The translations under genes were made by a program, and so were the position numbers. The notes under the pieces were generated by a model. That model was not told the DNA's origin. It saw only the letters and a program-made list of their open reading frames with translations, and searched no databases. This document shows, one piece after another, positions 17,562-26,377 of a DNA stretch of 32,000 nucleotides. The first letter of the stretch is position 1. Each line of letters starts with the position of its first letter. Origin of the DNA: Pseudomonadota bacterium (GTDB lineage: Bacteria; Bdellovibrionota_B; Oligoflexia; Silvanigrellales; Silvanigrellaceae); the NCBI GenBank assembly GCA_039799905.1, contig JBDLRP010000001.1, forward strand, positions 117,504 to 149,503. The letters are read 5' to 3'.

Positions 17562-18572
17562 ATGAAGCTTATTCGTTTTGCCTCAGCAGCAATGCTCGCC
17601 CTCAGCCTCGGCAGCGCGTCCGCTGCAGGCGCTGCCAAATCCAAGTCAGAGTCCAAGACACCCGCGAAAGAAGCGCTCCCGGTTTACAAAGCAACCTCGG
17701 GTGTCAGCGGCACGCTCAAGTCGATCGGCTCGGACTCCATGAACAACGAGATGGCTCTGTGGTCCGAAGGATTTCGGAAGATGTACCCCGGCGTCAAAAT
17801 CGAGGTTGAAGGCAAAGGCTCCGCAACAGCACCGACGGCGCTGATTGAAGGCACCGCACAATTCGGACCGATGAGCCGTCCAATGAAAGGCGAAGAAGTT
17901 TCTTCGTTCAAGAAGAAGTTTGGCTATGAACCGACAGCAATCAAAACATCACTCGACGTTTTGGCTGTCTACGTGCACCGCGACAATCCAATAAAAGCTC
18001 TCAGCATGCAGGACGTCGATGCGATCTTCTCCAAAACCCGCAAAAGCGGCGCAGGAAAAGATATCGCAACATGGGGCGACCTCGGACTGACAGGTGAGTG
18101 GGCGACGAAGCCCATCCAGCTTTATGGCCGCAACAGCGCATCGGGCACCTACGGCTACTTCAAAGAGCACGCACTTGCGAAGGGCGACTTCAAAGACAAC
18201 GTCAAAGAACAACCCGGTTCTGCGGCTGTCGTGCAGGCAATTGCCTCCGACAAATATGGAATCGGCTATAGCGGCATCGGCTACAAGACCGATGCAGTGA
18301 AGGCAGTTCCACTGTCACTCAAGGCTGGCAAGGACGCAGTTCCTGCAAACAATGAAACAGCACTTGAAGGAACTTACCCGCTTGGGCGCTACCTGTTGGT
18401 GTACATCAACAAGGCACCCAATCAGGCTCTCGATCCGGCACGCCGCGAATTCCTTCTCTATGTATTGTCTGCACAGGGACAAGAGGCTGTTGAAAAGAAC
18501 GGCTACATCTCACTCCCGCCGAAAGTCATTCAGCAAGAGCGCGCTAAACTGGGTGTCGTCACCGGAGGCTAA
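17562..18572 (+). CDS. pstS: Phosphate ABC transporter substrate-binding protein PstS
   Basis: Signal peptide MKLIRFASAAMLALSLGSASA. GSDSMNNEMALWSEGF...GKGSATAPTALIEGTAQFGPMSRPMK and YSGIGY are typical of the PstS (PBP-like-2) family. GGAGG SD lies 8 nt before the ATG at 17562. Confidence 0.88.
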   Translation: MKLIRFASAAMLALSLGSASAAGAAKSKSESKTPAKEALPVYKATSGVSGTLKSIGSDSMNNEMALWSEGFRKMYPGVKIEVEGKGSATAPTALIEGTAQFGPMSRPMKGEEVSSFKKKFGYEPTAIKTSLDVLAVYVHRDNPIKALSMQDVDAIFSKTRKSGAGKDIATWGDLGLTGEWATKPIQLYGRNSASGTYGYFKEHALAKGDFKDNVKEQPGSAAVVQAIASDKYGIGYSGIGYKTDAVKAVPLSLKAGKDAVPANNETALEGTYPLGRYLLVYINKAPNQALDPARREFLLYVLSAQGQEAVEKNGYISLPPKVIQQERAKLGVVTGG

Positions 18573-18577
18573 GACCT

Positions 18578-21253
18578 TTGTATAAAACTCGCCGACGGGC
18601 TTTGGTCATCGACCAACTCTCGTCAGGGTTGATTACTGTTGTCGGATTGAGCGTCATTCTGGCCGTTGCCGGAATGATGCTCTTCCTTGTTTTCAGCAGC
18701 AGCCCTCTCTTTCGAGAAGAATCGTTTCGCAGCGAAGGAACTTTGAAAGGATTGAATCTCCCTGACGGAAGCCGCGCAGGTGAGATCCTCTTTGACGAGG
18801 TCGCGCCCATCGGAATTGTGTTGCCATCGGCGGCAAGCGACGGGTGTTTGATTCAGGTCCGTCAACTGCAACGCGCGGGCGACACTGGCGGCGAGCCGTT
18901 CAACAAGCAGTTCGTGATTAGCAAAAATCTCGCTGCCGCAGGTGCTGCGGATCAACTTCCACTGTCGCTCACCGAGGTGACCGAGACTGCAGCCACACGA
19001 GCCGATGAAGGTCAGCCGCAATGCTCCGCGCAGGGCGACAGCCTGCTGCTGGTGCGTGACGGCGCTGCACTTCATAGTGTTCGCCTACAAATCGTGCGCA
19101 CGTTTTTGACGAGCGAAGAATTGCGGACACTCTCATCGGACGTGCGTAAAACCCTCACGGAACGTCGGTCGGTTGTGGTGAACGGCGAGCTGCTCGTAAA
19201 ACCTTCCGCGCAGTCTCCGAGTGCAAAACTCAGTTTGCAGCATGAGGGTGAGTGGGTCATTGATGACTTCTTCACAACTCAGCCGTTGGTCAAATTGAAC
19301 GAAGTCAGCTTCGTGCGCAGACCATCCAAAAAGGATGGACTGATTGTCATCCGCCCGTCCGAATCAACCCAGCGCGCGCTCCTGTTCAGCTTCAGCGAAA
19401 ATGAAATCACCGGTGAAAAAACCACCTCACTGCGTGAGATCGGCGGCGAATTCAGCAGCAAATGGTTGCCGATGTGGCTTGAGGGACGCTTTGTTCTGCT
19501 TCCGCAGTCAGTGTCGGAACTAAAAATTTTCGACGCCGAAGATGCTCAGCTGACTTCGGCAACGCTGACACTTCCCAGAGAGCTGGGGACACTGACCGCT
19601 CTGAGTGCCAACTTTGGCGGAGCATCGGTTTTTGCTGAAACCAACGACGGTAGTACACACCGCTGTAGCTCACTCGATGCGGGCCGTGCCGGCCGGCTTG
19701 CCTTTGCAGCAACCAACCTGCAGGCAGAGCTTCCGGTTTTGTGGGCCGACAGGTGTGCACCCTCCCAACACATTTCAGCTCATCCACACAAACGTGCTGT
19801 GTACCGATGGATATCACCTGCTTCGGGCAGCGAAAAATCTGCGGGGGAGACTCATCCAAATTCAGTGTTGGAAGTTCGTGAATTAACGACCGGTCGCGTT
19901 GCGGCAACGGCTGAAGTTCCGGCCGGCTCGCACACGTCAGCAGTCATCGATCCCAAAGGCGACCTGCTTGCGTGGAGCACAGCCGGCGGCGGTGCATTGT
20001 CGGTTCTTTACTTCGACGCCCCGCATCTTGAAGTTTCGATGCGCAGTCTGTTCAGCAAAATACGCTACGAAAGCTACGAAGAGGCCTCTTATTCGTGGCA
20101 GAGCACCTCGGGCAACGATGAATTTCAGTCGAAGTTTTCTCTCATACCGCTCATTTGGGGCACAATCAAAGCAACACTTTATTCGCTTCTGTTCGCCGTT
20201 CCGCTTGCCATTTTCGCGGCCGTCTACAGCAGTGAAATCCTCGACCGACAGACAAGGAATGTCGTCAAGCCGACGCTCGAGATGATGGCCAGTGTGCCGT
20301 CGGTTGTGCTCGGATTTTTGGCTGCGATTGTGATCGCTCCGTGGATCGAAAATCACATTGTCAGTGTCTTGTTGATTGGCGTGACGATGCCGTTCATGCT
20401 TTATGCGGCGGGAGTCTTTATGCAGATTCCCTCGGCGCGCCACCTCAGCACGCGCGGGCTTTATGCATCACGCAGATTGCTGATGTGGGTCATTGTCGGG
20501 TTTGCGGCAATGATCTGGCTTCTGACGCGCGCCGGCCTGTGGATCGAAAGAACCGCGTTTGGCGGCGACCTCAAGGCATTCCTTTCAGGGGGTGCCGGAA
20601 CAGAGGGTGTTTTGTGGGGTCTGCTCATTCTTCCACTGGTTTTTATTGGTCTGTGGAGTCTTCCCATCCGGCGGGCACGGAACTGGTATCGCATCAGTGT
20701 CTTCCTGCTCGGCCCAGCCATTTCGGTTTGGCTGGGTTCCATTCTCTCGGGTCATGCCTCTCTGCGCGATGATCTTTTGGGTCAATATGCGCAGCGCAAC
20801 ACACTGGTGATTTCCATTGCCATGGGCTTTGCCATTATTCCGATCATCTATTCACTTGCAGAAGACGCACTGACATCAGTCCCCAACAGTTTGCGCGCGG
20901 GTTCACTGGCGTGCGGCGCCTCGGTCTGGCAGACCACCGCAAGAGTTGTGCTGCCGACTGCGGCCAGCGGACTTTTCTCTGCTGTGATGGTCGGACTGGG
21001 ACGCGGGATCGGCGAAACCATGATCGCTGTTATGGCGACCGGAAATACTGCGGTCATGACGATGAACCCTTTTGACGGCTTGCGCAGCATGGCTGCCAAC
21101 ATTGCAGTTGAGCTGCCGGAGGCTGCGCAGGGAAGCACCCACTACAGAATTCTTTTCTTGTCTGCACTGGTGCTTTTTTCATTCACTTTTACACTGAATT
21201 CCTTTGCGGAATTCCTGCGTGCACGATATCGCGCACGCAACAAAGCTCTGTGA
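18578..21253 (+). CDS. pstC: Phosphate ABC transporter permease PstC, long form with a ~480-aa N-terminal periplasmic extension
   Basis: 891 aa. TTG start with a GGAGG SD 8 nt upstream, inside the pstS 3' end. One N-terminal TM helix, a ~480-aa soluble region, then the permease core (LIPLIWGTIKATLYSLLFAVPLAI..., and the EAA-like region SLAEDALTSVPNSLRAGSLACGAS). Confidence 0.85.
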   Translation: MYKTRRRALVIDQLSSGLITVVGLSVILAVAGMMLFLVFSSSPLFREESFRSEGTLKGLNLPDGSRAGEILFDEVAPIGIVLPSAASDGCLIQVRQLQRAGDTGGEPFNKQFVISKNLAAAGAADQLPLSLTEVTETAATRADEGQPQCSAQGDSLLLVRDGAALHSVRLQIVRTFLTSEELRTLSSDVRKTLTERRSVVVNGELLVKPSAQSPSAKLSLQHEGEWVIDDFFTTQPLVKLNEVSFVRRPSKKDGLIVIRPSESTQRALLFSFSENEITGEKTTSLREIGGEFSSKWLPMWLEGRFVLLPQSVSELKIFDAEDAQLTSATLTLPRELGTLTALSANFGGASVFAETNDGSTHRCSSLDAGRAGRLAFAATNLQAELPVLWADRCAPSQHISAHPHKRAVYRWISPASGSEKSAGETHPNSVLEVRELTTGRVAATAEVPAGSHTSAVIDPKGDLLAWSTAGGGALSVLYFDAPHLEVSMRSLFSKIRYESYEEASYSWQSTSGNDEFQSKFSLIPLIWGTIKATLYSLLFAVPLAIFAAVYSSEILDRQTRNVVKPTLEMMASVPSVVLGFLAAIVIAPWIENHIVSVLLIGVTMPFMLYAAGVFMQIPSARHLSTRGLYASRRLLMWVIVGFAAMIWLLTRAGLWIERTAFGGDLKAFLSGGAGTEGVLWGLLILPLVFIGLWSLPIRRARNWYRISVFLLGPAISVWLGSILSGHASLRDDLLGQYAQRNTLVISIAMGFAIIPIIYSLAEDALTSVPNSLRAGSLACGASVWQTTARVVLPTAASGLFSAVMVGLGRGIGETMIAVMATGNTAVMTMNPFDGLRSMAANIAVELPEAAQGSTHYRILFLSALVLFSFTFTLNSFAEFLRARYRARNKAL

Positions 21254-21260
21254 GGCACTG

Positions 21261-22982
21261 ATGTTCCGACAGTTCGGAAAACAAACGGATGCACAGGCCG
21301 TTTCCAAAGGCGCTCCGCAGCCCTCCGTAATTTTCAAAACGGCGGTGAAGATTCGTTCGCGCGCGTCCAACAACTCAACAGAAGGCGTGCCATGGATCTG
21401 GGTCTGCGCCGGAGCTCTGGTCACGATTCTGCTTTTGATCTTTGCAATGTTCGGCATCATCATCACTCAGGGCCTGAGTGCGCTGTGGCCACATGACATC
21501 ATCAAGGCACAAACCGACAACCAAACCGTGATCGGAGTCGCAACGCGGCAAGAGGAAGGCAGCGGCACACAGCCGAACGAGCGGCAGCTGCGCCGGCTTG
21601 TCTATCAGGCCAACCGTGATTTCGGGGTCAGCGAGTTTGCATTTATCCCTGAAGAATCTGCGCAAACAGCTGAGAAACCCGCCGACATTTGGTTTGTTGA
21701 ACGACGTGAGTGGGGACCTTTCGTCGGAGAAATTTTCAGTCCTGACAACGGGCAGGCAGAGCAGCTGAGCAAAGATGATGTCAGCAGGACCATTCATGCC
21801 GCGGCACTGCGCACAGCAGCCATCAGTGCGCTTGAAAAAGGACCGCTCGCGGATCTCAATATGGAGATGGAAGAACTCCGCCTGCGCAGAAAGGGTGTCG
21901 ACCGCAGATTGGAACTCGGAGAGCTGGACTCTGAAGGCGCTGGAGCTCTCAGTGCAACATTGGACGCCGAGCTTGAATCGCTGACCCAGCGTCACAATGT
22001 CATCTCAGAGCAGGTGCAAAAACTGCGCAGCGAAGACGAAGCCATCAAAGTCACACTGCTGGCTCCCAACGGGCAGAGCAAGACTCTTCCGGCGAGCCAG
22101 CTGACACGCGCCTTCAAACCCAACGATGCAAATGTCGTACAAAAGGTTTTTGTCTTTCTTGCCCGCTTGTGGTCGTTCGTTTCAGAAGAACCGCGCGAGG
22201 CAAATACCGAAGGCGGTGTCTTTCCGGCGCTGTTTGGAACCGTTGCGATGACACTCATCATGACGGTGTCGGTGCTGCCGATTGGTGTCATGACCGCCGT
22301 CTACATGCGCGAGATCGCAAAACAGGGTCCACTTGTGAGTCTGGTGCGCATCGCGGTCAACAATCTCGCCGGAGTTCCTTCCATCGTCTATGGCGTCTTT
22401 GGTCTGGGCTTTTTTTGCTACACAGTCGGTGTGTCTATCGACCAACTCTTTTTTCAAGACAAATTGCCCAATCCCACCTTCGGAACAGGCGGAATCCTTT
22501 GGGCAAGTCTGACCCTCTCGCTGCTGACTGTTCCTGTTGTGATCGTCAGTACCGAGGAGGCATTGTCCGCAGTGCCGCGTTCGTTGCGCGAGGCCTCTTA
22601 TGGATGCGGAGCAACACGCATGCAGACGATCTGGCGGATTGTTCTGCCCAAAGCACTCCCCGGTGTCATGACCGGACTCATACTCGCGATGGCACGCGCC
22701 GTGGGTGAAGTGGCACCGCTGCTGATGACCGGAGTTGTAAAGCTCGCACCCGCACTGCCTGTCGACGGTCATTTTCCGTTCATCCATCTCGAGCGCAGTT
22801 TCATGCATCTGGGATTTCATATTTACGACTTGGGATTCCAGTCGCGCTCGACAGAACTGAGCAGGCCGATGGTGTTTGCGTCGACATCTCTTTTGGTTGG
22901 TGTCGTGCTCCTTTTGAATTTCGTGGCAATTAAAATCCGTTCGCAATTACGTAAGCGATTCGAAGGCCGAGGTGCATTCTGA
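21261..22982 (+). CDS. pstA: Phosphate ABC transporter permease PstA, long form with a ~270-aa N-terminal/coiled-coil insertion
   Basis: I chose the ATG at 21261 (7 nt after the pstC stop, GAGG SD). The core carries [12 protein letters not shown]..., [23 protein letters not shown] and [11 protein letters not shown]. From memory, the N-terminal region resembles the DUF3333-type extension of long PstA proteins. Confidence 0.85.
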   Translation: MFRQFGKQTDAQAVSKGAPQPSVIFKTAVKIRSRASNNSTEGVPWIWVCAGALVTILLLIFAMFGIIITQGLSALWPHDIIKAQTDNQTVIGVATRQEEGSGTQPNERQLRRLVYQANRDFGVSEFAFIPEESAQTAEKPADIWFVERREWGPFVGEIFSPDNGQAEQLSKDDVSRTIHAAALRTAAISALEKGPLADLNMEMEELRLRRKGVDRRLELGELDSEGAGALSATLDAELESLTQRHNVISEQVQKLRSEDEAIKVTLLAPNGQSKTLPASQLTRAFKPNDANVVQKVFVFLARLWSFVSEEPREANTEGGVFPALFGTVAMTLIMTVSVLPIGVMTAVYMREIAKQGPLVSLVRIAVNNLAGVPSIVYGVFGLGFFCYTVGVSIDQLFFQDKLPNPTFGTGGILWASLTLSLLTVPVVIVSTEEALSAVPRSLREASYGCGATRMQTIWRIVLPKALPGVMTGLILAMARAVGEVAPLLMTGVVKLAPALPVDGHFPFIHLERSFMHLGFHIYDLGFQSRSTELSRPMVFASTSLLVGVVLLLNFVAIKIRSQLRKRFEGRGAF

Positions 22983-23791
22983 TGATTAATCCAGCAGATC
23001 TTCCACCACCCTGTGTGCATCCGGAAATTCAAACCGGACCGGCACAAATCTCAATTCAAAATTTCAACTTGTGGTACGGAAAATCACAGGCGCTTCACGA
23101 AATTAATCTGCCCGTGCTGCAGCACTCGATCACCTCGTTCATCGGCCCGAGCGGATGCGGAAAGTCGACGCTCCTGCGCTCCATCAACCGCCTCAACGAC
23201 CTCATCGACAACGTGTCGGTTTCGGGAGACATCCGCATCGGTGAGCGCTCTGTGTACGAGCGCCATCTCGACGTCACATCGCTGCGCAAGCGTATCGGCA
23301 TGGTCTTCCAAAAGAGCAATCCGTTCCCGATGAGTATCTATGAAAACGTCTGCTATCCGCTGCGCATCAGCGGGATCAACGATCGCAATATACTCGACGA
23401 AGCTGTCGAGACCAGTCTGCGTTCGGCTGCTCTGTGGGATGAAGTCAAAGACAGGCTCAAACGCAGTGCATTGGACTTGTCGGGTGGTCAGCAGCAAAGG
23501 CTCTGCATCGCGCGTGCGATTGCCGGTAATCCGGAAGTTCTCCTGATGGACGAACCGTGTTCTGCACTCGACCCCATTTCAACTGCAAAAATCGAGGAAC
23601 TCATTTTCGAGATGCGCGGAAGGTTCACGGTCGTTATCGTCACGCACTCAATGTCGCAGGCATCACGCGTGTCTGACCAGACGGCATTCTTTTATCTGGG
23701 GCGTCTTATTGAAGCAGGGCCAACGAAAAAGATGTTTGAAAGTGCTCTGGCGAAGGCGACTCAGGATTATATTTCCGGGCGATTCGGATAA
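22982..23791 (+). CDS. pstB: Phosphate ABC transporter ATP-binding protein PstB
   Basis: Walker [10 protein letters not shown], signature [14 protein letters not shown], Walker [12 protein letters not shown]. The TGATG junction overlaps the pstA stop. Confidence 0.93.
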   Translation: MINPADLPPPCVHPEIQTGPAQISIQNFNLWYGKSQALHEINLPVLQHSITSFIGPSGCGKSTLLRSINRLNDLIDNVSVSGDIRIGERSVYERHLDVTSLRKRIGMVFQKSNPFPMSIYENVCYPLRISGINDRNILDEAVETSLRSAALWDEVKDRLKRSALDLSGGQQQRLCIARAIAGNPEVLLMDEPCSALDPISTAKIEELIFEMRGRFTVVIVTHSMSQASRVSDQTAFFYLGRLIEAGPTKKMFESALAKATQDYISGRFG

Positions 23792-23794
23792 GCT

Positions 23795-25309
23795 TCAGAA
23801 CGGTTTTTCGCTAAGCTTGTTGACGGTCAGAATGAGCTTTCCTTTTTCGTTTTCGGTAAGAAAGCCTCTGGCGTACACAATAGTACTGCCCACAACCTCT
23901 TGCCAAGGCTGATCGACGAACGAAACGAGACTGATTGCACTTCCGTCGGTGAACTTTCCGCTAATGCGGCACGGCGAGCATCCTCCACCCGCAGGCTTCT
24001 GTAGTCTGACCGGCCCGACGACGATAAATCCTCGCGCTCCTGAAGACGCAAGGTAACGGCTCAGCTCGGCAGTATTTTCAAATATTTTTGATCGATTTGC
24101 AGCTGATTTACCTTCGCCGGTGTTGAGTGGACGGGCGTTCAATTTCTTCTTTTTCTTTTTGCGCGTGCCCGTCGGCGATTCTTGTGAATCATTCTGTACA
24201 GAAGATGCGCCGGATTGTGCTTGGTTATTCTCTGCGACTTGCAGATTATTTTGCTCGCGCATTTCTTTGAGAATCTGCCTTTTGTCGTAAATGGTTACAC
24301 CCGCAAAAATGACCATGATGACGGCAAATGCAATGACACCAATGGTCAGCGGATTGTTCCAAAAACTCGCTTCATTTTTATTGCCCGTCAGCATTTTTCT
24401 CAGCGAATTGACTGGACCTTTATCCATCAACCGGCGATTGCTGGCACGCCCGCGTTTACGGGGTGCCGTTGGATTCAGCCGGCGAAACTTGATCTGCGTC
24501 GCTGATTCATGATCCACCAAACTGACCATTCCCTCGCTTGCGTGCGCCGGCGACTGAACGGACAGGTGCGGATCCTTACTCGGCTGGGCAACTTGAAAGG
24601 CCGGTGCGAATTCGACGGCATCAGCTTTTGCCGAACCCTGTCTCTTTTCGAACTCACGTGTCTGCCGCTCTCCCTCAACGATTGCGGCAGTTGCCGCACG
24701 AATGACGCTGTTTTCGCTGCGTGAGCCTTCCGGTGTGTTGTCGCGCATGCGGGGTTGCAGTGATACCGGAGTCGCCGGAGTCTGTGAAAACGGAGAGAGA
24801 GGCTCGAGATCAGCAAATGAAATGTCCTGTTCGGAAGGTTCATCGACAATCTTTTTGGTGCGCGGTGTGAATTGTGGTTCAGAAGAGTTTTGTTCTGATT
24901 TTTGTTGCGCCTTTGTTTTGCCCCAATCCGGTGGCGGTTGCGGAATGGCTGCGAGCACAGGTTCTTGCGCAGGTGCAGCAGGTGGCGATTGCTTAACTGT
25001 TGCCGCGGGTGAAGGATGAGGCGCGGGTACACTCGCCGTTGAATTTCTGAGCGAAGCGTTTTCCAGATAAACGCGCGATGCAATCTGTGTCGCCTCGTGC
25101 ATCGGCTCATTGCCGCGGACGATTGTATGCTCTGTTTCTTTTGTATTTGAGGTCCACTTGGGCAGCATCCACAACAGAGGCCTGTAAACTGACGAACTTT
25201 CAGGTCTCACATAGACAACAAGCGGCCACTCTCCGCCGGCGACACGCCTGCAGATCTCCTGTTCGCTCATTGGACCAATGCGGGTCCGGCCGTCCCAAAC
25301 AAACCACAT
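23795..25309 (-). CDS. Membrane protein: N-terminal GYF_2-like domain, long Pro-rich disordered linker, one TM helix, Lys-run, C-terminal OB-fold-like domain
   Basis: 504 aa. MWFVWDGRTRIGPMSEQEICRRVAGGEW fits the GYF_2 (DUF4339) pattern W..w.dG...GP.s..el. TM helix LTIGVIAFAVIMVIFAGVTIY, then RKKKKKKL. The C-terminal ~110 aa (GFIVVGPVRL...CRISGKF...VYARGFLTENEKGKLILTVNKL) resemble small OB / tRNA_anti-like domains. Confidence 0.6.
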   Translation of the reverse strand: MWFVWDGRTRIGPMSEQEICRRVAGGEWPLVVYVRPESSSVYRPLLWMLPKWTSNTKETEHTIVRGNEPMHEATQIASRVYLENASLRNSTASVPAPHPSPAATVKQSPPAAPAQEPVLAAIPQPPPDWGKTKAQQKSEQNSSEPQFTPRTKKIVDEPSEQDISFADLEPLSPFSQTPATPVSLQPRMRDNTPEGSRSENSVIRAATAAIVEGERQTREFEKRQGSAKADAVEFAPAFQVAQPSKDPHLSVQSPAHASEGMVSLVDHESATQIKFRRLNPTAPRKRGRASNRRLMDKGPVNSLRKMLTGNKNEASFWNNPLTIGVIAFAVIMVIFAGVTIYDKRQILKEMREQNNLQVAENNQAQSGASSVQNDSQESPTGTRKKKKKKLNARPLNTGEGKSAANRSKIFENTAELSRYLASSGARGFIVVGPVRLQKPAGGGCSPCRISGKFTDGSAISLVSFVDQPWQEVVGSTIVYARGFLTENEKGKLILTVNKLSEKPF

Positions 25310-25388
25310 AGAGTAAAAACCACTCCCGAGGACTACTCCTCCGAACGGTTATCGGCACATTTGTTGTTTAAATTTGGGGGGATGTCAT

Positions 25389-26024
25389 TCATCCGACGGC
25401 CGGCAAGGGGCCGGCAAACAACGCACCATTTTGGGCGATTTCGTCTCCGCTTGCCAACTGACGGACGTCGAGAAGCCGATTGCTCACCGAAAGATCGACG
25501 TAACCTAACCAGGGTTCGGGGATATTGCGGCTCGTCAAACCGTAGCGCAGTGCAAAAAGTGCCGTGGTGTTGAACTGGGGTCGCTCCGGCATGCGCGGAA
25601 GCCGGATCCCCAGCTCCTCGATGGTTCGAGCTCCTTTGCGCAGGTTGCACGTCTTGCAGGCTGTTACGATGTTGTCCCAACTCGTTTTGCCGCCGCGTGC
25701 GAGGGGAATCAGGTGATCGAGTGTCAGGTTGAGAAGCGAGCCGCTGCAATTGCAGTACTGGCAACGGAATCCATCGCGCAGATAGACGTTTTGCCGAGAA
25801 AAACGCGGGCCATGAGATTTCTTGTTTCGAGGCGAGCAATTGTGCTGCCTGATAATCCAAGGAACGGTAAAAGACTGAGTCACACTGCGGATGAGCCGGG
25901 GGGAGTCAAGAACTGGAGAGGCGCGTTCGGTAAAAAGAAGCACAAATCCAACGTGAAGACCGACAATTTTCACGGGTTCATACCGAGAATCCAAAACGAG
26001 CACTCGTCTCTCGAAATTCGCCAT
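25389..26024 (-). CDS. HNH endonuclease (COG1403-like, with the typical N-terminal VLVL..YEP domain)
   Basis: RRVLVLDSRYEPVKIVGLHVGFVLLF plus the HNH core YLRDGFRCQYCN...LTLDHLIPLARGGKTSWDNIVTACKTCNLRKG. I chose the ATG at 26024 (AAGGTGG SD 5 nt upstream). The GTG-extended ORF to 26225 has Cys/His/Gly-rich, non-protein-like sequence and overlaps the upstream gene. Confidence 0.8.
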   Translation of the reverse strand: MANFERRVLVLDSRYEPVKIVGLHVGFVLLFTERASPVLDSPRLIRSVTQSFTVPWIIRQHNCSPRNKKSHGPRFSRQNVYLRDGFRCQYCNCSGSLLNLTLDHLIPLARGGKTSWDNIVTACKTCNLRKGARTIEELGIRLPRMPERPQFNTTALFALRYGLTSRNIPEPWLGYVDLSVSNRLLDVRQLASGDEIAQNGALFAGPLPAVG

Positions 26025-26061
26025 GACACCACCTTCCATAAGTGGAATCGGCAGAAATTCG

Positions 26062-26092
26062 ATAAAATTGAGTCCCTTTGCTGCAGCAGGGA
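26062..26092 (-). terminator. Terminator-like hairpin between the 69-aa gene and the HNH gene
   Basis: On the minus strand: GTCCCT-GCTGCAGCAA-AGGGAC (26092-26071) followed by TCAATTTTAT. A 6-bp stem (plus 2 possible inner pairs) and a moderately U-rich tail, ~75 nt downstream of the 69-aa ORF stop. Confidence 0.3.
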
Positions 26093-26167
26093 CGGCAATT
26101 CCGCAAAAACCGCCGCTTCTGGTAGTGTGACCGGCCAACTGGCCAAAGTCAAGATCCGCATGATATT

Positions 26168-26377
26168 TCAGCGAAAAGCAACTATCCACAAACCGATGGC
26201 GACAACCGCCAGGGCAATGAGCCACAACAGTCCGGTGCCAACTTTAGTCACAACTGAATGCCGCGTGCGGCGGCTGTTGTATTGATTCCAGAGCTCGCCG
26301 CTGCTGCTGCCGTCGTCCTGTCCGTGAACCGGATGACCCGCCTGCGACGATTTGCCCTCTTCCAATTGTTCGTTCAT
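26168..26377 (-). CDS. Small tail-anchored membrane protein (69 aa), translationally coupled to dus
   Basis: The ATG overlaps the dus TGA (ATGA at 26377-26374), and a GGAGGG SD lies 4 nt upstream inside the dus 3' end. Acidic/Ser-Gly-rich N-terminus and a C-terminal TM helix GLLWLIALAVVAIGLWIVAF. Confidence 0.6.
   Translation of the reverse strand: MNEQLEEGKSSQAGHPVHGQDDGSSSGELWNQYNSRRTRHSVVTKVGTGLLWLIALAVVAIGLWIVAFR

Noticed and set aside
17219-17565. ORFs 17219..17539 (106 aa) and 17290..17565 (91 aa) in the pstS upstream region
   Set aside because: Their Pro/Arg/Lys-rich sequence has no SD, and they overlap the Pho box, the 5' UTR and the start of the 135-aa gene. The region is better explained as regulatory.
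23790-23817. Two AAGCTT palindromes 17 nt apart that could pair as a hairpin terminator between pstB and the convergent gene
   Set aside because: The stem is only 6 bp and AT-containing, with a 17-nt loop and no flanking U-tract. It lies inside the convergent coding sequence.
26025-26225. GTG-initiated 67-aa extension of the HNH ORF
   Set aside because: The extension is Cys/His/Gly-rich with no protein-like pattern and overlaps the 3' end of the 69-aa gene. It also contains the terminator-like hairpin. An AAGGTGG SD precedes the ATG at 26024, which gives the family-typical N-terminus.
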